A stretch of DNA of 40,950 bases. Source: Octopus bimaculoides. Taxonomy: Eukaryota. The notes under the pieces are model-generated. The model saw nothing but the letters and a program-made list of their open reading frames with translations. It did no database searches and was not told the DNA's origin. The stretch covers positions 89,787,096-89,828,045 of the forward strand of contig NC_068984.1 in NCBI RefSeq assembly GCF_001194135.2, read 5' to 3'. Both the position numbers and the translations under genes were made by a program. Shown here in pieces: positions 36,464 through 40,950 of the stretch; positions within the stretch are counted from its first letter, which is position 1, and each line of letters starts with the position of its first letter.

Positions 36464-37049
36464 TTCAAATTTACAGAAAACAAAAGACCTAGACAGGTGT
36501 AGGACAACAACCATGTGTATTAGTTTAACGCTCGGGAAAAATGGAAAAGTCTTTTACTTTTCGAGACTACGATCTTCGGCAGAAAGGATTAAGAGGTAAA
36601 AAATGGGTGGAGAATAAAAAACAAAAAAACGGCAAGAGAAAAAAGGAGCAGAGTTCAACGTCCCAATATGACTGGGAAAAAAGGTTGAATGAAACGGAGA
36701 TAATAATAATAATAACGGTAAAGTTAATGGTGACCCTAACGAACTAAAGTGTACAGCGTGTGTGTGTGTGTGAGAATGGTGTGTGTGAATGTGTATATGT
36801 ATGTGTGCCAGCATTTTTCTTTGTGTGTGCGTGAGTGTGTGCGTCTCTTTGTGTGCGTGCGTGTGCGTTTACATGCGTGTGCATGTGTGTGTGAGTGCAT
36901 AACAAGGAAGGCAAAAGTGTAATATTAAAACAGTCAAAATACTTTTACCCAAGCAAGTACAGTTGTTCACATCCAGGATCTCTAACTTATAAACCGGGTT
37001 TAGGAAAATCGTACTTACCAACAGATACAAGCTCTTCCAGAACATTGAT

Positions 37050-38520
37050 AGAATGTTGGATAAAAAGCTTCGTGATATTTGTTCCAACTATCTGTGTTTT
37101 AAATTCAAATCAACATCATGGCTTACTTAGGTGGTACCCCGTCGATCGGAATAACACTACTACCTGTCTTTAGCGGAGTCCAGTTTGTTGCAAGACCTCG
37201 GTCCATGTTTGAGATTTCCTCAATCTTATCAGTTTTCGAGGCCCTGTAATTAGATATGCTCACTGTCTTTCCTCCTAGGAGATAAAATTATAATCCAAGC
37301 CAAAAAAAAAAAAAAGGGGGGATGTGAAAAATTGTAGAACACCAGAAAAAGAAGCGATTGCGTCTCGCTTTAATTATTATATCTTACCAGAGTGACCAAC
37401 GTCCATTAAGCTGGTGAATCTGCTCCAACACTGGGTTCAGATCACCTGCATTGAAGCATATTATTCTTAGCTTTTTAACGGGAGGGGGTTCTTTTTTGGT
37501 TCATTGAGGCTGGTCAGTGGAAGTGGTCTTTCAGAAATGAAACAGCAAACTCTTGTATCTAATCCAACGAAAACCAGGGCAAGTCACAACGAACATGAAT
37601 AATACATAGGCTGGAGGTGGGGCACACGTTTCGCAACATATATTCAATTTCTATAGAATACACTCTTCTCAAACCATTTTCTGGGTGAGATTGGCCACTC
37701 GTAATTTAGTCTCAATTACATTCGACTTGAAGCTTCGACCGAACCAGAAATCAAGTTACTTAATCGGTCTGTCGGCCCAGCGCTTACAACATTGCCCGCA
37801 AGCTCACTAAGTTTATCTTTACTCCTGTCACCGCATTATATTCCTTTAGGATACTGCCGACCACTTCGACTTCAGTAACATCTGACACTATAAAAGTGAC
37901 TTCGTCCGCAAATGCAACACCTCCAGTATCTCATTTTGAATAAACTGCTTCTCAGAACCTCCAGTTCTTGCAGCTGTGGTTCGATAGTCAGTCCATAAGG
38001 ATAATATGGGAATAGGATGACATTATTGGACTGAATAGTTGCCTTTTACCATGACTATCGAGCTGATGTCACTGTAAATATAAGGGTTAGGGTAGTAATC
38101 CAACCTCTGAAAATGGGCTCGAAACGGACTATTTTGAGGAGAACCACCAAGTAACGGTGGCTAACCTGATTGAAAATCTTTGATTAATCCAAATTGAGCA
38201 TCTCTACGCCGAAGCCATATTCATTACCCACACTTTCTATGGTGTATCATAGACAGATTTAGTTACCTGAATTGCACAGGTATGTGCTTTTCTGAACAAA
38301 CGATAGGATAAAACCGACTTTTTTGATAACACCTTGAGCAAACTGTACGAGTTATGTTTCAGAAAATATCATTCCAATAGTTAGCAGAAAATTTTTCTGA
38401 AGGTACCAGTAGACATCTTTTAATACTCATAACAGAAGTCTTCTCGGGATTGTCCTGTTTTTGAGCTACTCAAAACCATACACTTTCTTTGCATATTTTT
38501 CTATGAAGTTCATAAACTTG
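37050..38520 (-). mobile_element. Very degraded CR1-like LINE (RT and 3' region)
   Basis: Scattered minus-strand remnants include 'GGSPQNS..FEPIF' (resembling SGVPQGSVLGPILF) at ~38110-38150 and 'GDLNPVLEQIHQL' (resembling RGDLI.V.KI.H) at ~37410-37450. The evidence is weak. Confidence 0.4.
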
Positions 38521-38949
38521 TTTCTATTTACAACAGTGTAGATGAATAAGGAGTAGTTCTTTTTGGTGATTCAGTTACTGTTGTTGTTAATATTGTAGTT
38601 TCTATCGCAGCTGTTGCTATTATTATTGGTACTGATGTTGATGCTATGATTATTGTCGTTGTTTTGTTTTTACTGTTAATTTGGCATTAACAGGAATACG
38701 GGCTTATCTTCTGTTGTCTTTTGATGAAAACAAGACCAGCGGCTGAGTAGTGCTCTCAACCATAACATGCAGTTTTATCTGTTTGTTCGGAATCTTTTCC
38801 AAATTTCTTGGTTGTATCTGGATCAAGATTTCTACTTCAATTCCGGACTAATTTTCTTGGTGCCGCTTTTTTACTCTAATATTGTTTTCTCTTCTCTAGT
38901 GAAAGCAGAAATCATATAAGACAGGAAAAGAGGTAAACGAAACTTAGTA

Positions 38950-40220
38950 TTGCTAAGCTGACTTTCGAAAGGCATTTGATTCCCCATCCCTGGTTACTAG
39001 AGATACTTTATATAAACAAAATAACTCCACCACTAATGAAATATACATTAGCCATGCTATAATAAAATGGAAACTCTAATATCATTGCTAAACAAAGACT
39101 CCATCCGTCAATCATCGATAAACATTTTATATACCAAAGTAAAATCGTCACCACATTCCAAATCCAGAAACTTCTAATTGATATAGATAAAATATGCAAA
39201 TTCAAAAAGATACTAAGGAAGAAGAACATAAGACTAGAACCATAATTAGTAAAAAAACAAAACAAAAAAAAAACAAATGTAGTAAGGAAAATAGAAAATG
39301 ATTTGAATGAATTACTGTCTCTGTATAAGGAAACAATAAAATACAATCAGGAAATAGACCACACAGAAATGACAGAATCAGACAAGAAATAGGTAAGAAA
39401 AAACAATAGGGTAACTTTTAAAAAGTCAAAATACAAATCAAAAATACATTTCATACTATATTCAAGAAATAGAGAGAAACACAACACCATGGCATGCCCA
39501 GTGCCCCGTAAAGCTCGACAGAGATAAAGTAAACGACAGTGAGAAATTAACGGTGGCTTAAATAATCAACATTGGTTTAAAAGCTGCAAGTTAAAAAGCA
39601 GAAGCATATTGATTCTAGATGCCACGCAACCAATGTCTAACCACCACCAGCTACAGAAACATATTAATGTAAGATGTAACGTCAAGTGCAAATTATCCAA
39701 CCACTTCAAGGAGACAGTTAACCAGATCATCTCCAGTTATACAGGTCTTCCACAAATCAAAGTATAAACGCAGATATATTCGAGTCGGCAGCTCTGTCTC
39801 ATGAGCAATATGCAGGCAATTCGACGACTTGAAAACGGACAAGAGATATAAACATATATCAATCACTGCACATAGAAACAACTTAGCTACAATCATCTGG
39901 GAAAAGCCTATCGAAACTGATAATAAAATCAAGATAAGTCGTCCTGATAAAATAAATTAATGCACGCTAACAGACACCATGATCCCTTCTGATCAAAATA
40001 TTGCCCGGAAGGAAGCAAGGAAAGTATCAAAATCCGAGGACTTCGAAACTGATACAAATAAAATGTGAGACATGCAAGTGAAAACTACCGTTATTAAATA
40101 CAGTATTAGTTTCGGTTAAAATTAATATGAATAGAAATATACAAGTTCTACAGGAGCTGACAACATTACAATGTCAAAAAAATAACTCTGCTAGGCGTCC
40201 ATATTTGCGCAGGACACTTC
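38950..40220 (+). mobile_element. Degraded R4/Dong-like fragment E
   Basis: Fragments include ADFRKAFDS/PHPWLLEILYINKI (RT 'D..KAFDS.PH.W') at ~38957-39030, and IIWEKPIETDNKIKISRPD plus MIPSDQNIARKEARKVSK (RLE PD..D region) at ~39890-40035. Confidence 0.65.
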
Positions 40221-40950
40221 CCGTTCAACAGGGCAACTCGAGCAGCACAGTTTTTGCAACCTATACAATAACTAACCACCCTATAAAATAAGATAATTCA
40301 CACAACACTTACTCTACACGATCAACACCAAAGGAAACAATTAAAAAGAATATTGCTACATAGCAGATACCTGACACCAAAATTCACACAACACATGTTT
40401 ATACGGCTGTAACTCATTAATGCTTCACAAACCACAAACCACATACCACACACTCTGCACAATTATTGTTTGACGCTTAACTCCAATTATATATCACATA
40501 CGAAATATATTCATCACCCAACAAAATAACGCATCTCAGATTGTACATACAGTACACAACAGAAACCACTAAAATAGATGCGGTCAGAAGTCGAAATCCG
40601 TAATTAAACAAAACTGATGCGGTATATGAACACTGGTCGACAATGCCAAAGCAGCAGTATTAAACATATCTCAGGAACGTGGAAATAGAATTTTATGAAG
40701 CAGTAGAAACAACTAGCATGAACTTGAAGAAAAAACAAAATAGTGATTTCTTTTTTACTTATTTATAAGTCACAAGGGATTAAATAGATTTTAGAATATG
40801 AACACTTTAAACAGTAGGTCTTACAAAACTGTGTGGGTAGACCAGAAAACGTCCAGAAAGACAAAGGGTTTAAGCGTTATGCAATGTATATATATATTTA
40901 TATATATATGTAGTAAGAAGTATAGAGTTAGATAGGTATCTCAAACAGAA

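Noticed and set aside
36895-37173. 92-aa ORF considered as a GIY-YIG/Penelope remnant or exon
   Set aside because: It has no GIY-YIG motifs or credible splice context, and it overlaps degraded LINE sequence.

Overview
This is an AT-rich, microsatellite-dense eukaryotic scaffold window with about 10 N-gaps. Its repeat content (tRNA-derived SINEs with (ATT)n/(TACA)n tails, R4/Dong-like LINEs, mariner relics) suggests an octopod cephalopod genome; this is inferred from memory of repeat families, not from a search. One host gene is supported, on the + strand (~14622-22555). It has a TATA box and initiator, a signal-peptide exon, one or more candidate micro-exons, a VWA exon with an intact MIDAS, a Thr-rich mucin-like linker, a 90-nt exon and a terminal degenerate VWA-like exon. 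The predicted product is a secreted protein of about 500 aa. The rest is decayed mobile DNA: at least six R4/Dong-like RLE non-LTR fragments, two mariner relics, RTE and CR1-like LINE pieces, a very degraded LTR-type pol, SINEs, a fold-back MITE-like element and many SSRs. Most ORFs in the supplied track are SSR or gap artefacts. No rRNA, bona fide tRNA or CRISPR array is supported. The best leads are: two R4/Dong families tied to different microsatellites (TAA vs TACA), mutually incompatible candidate micro-exons in the VWA gene, a possible retrovirus-like tether plus RNase H layout in the LTR relic, and an NK-homeodomain motif cluster at the VWA promoter.
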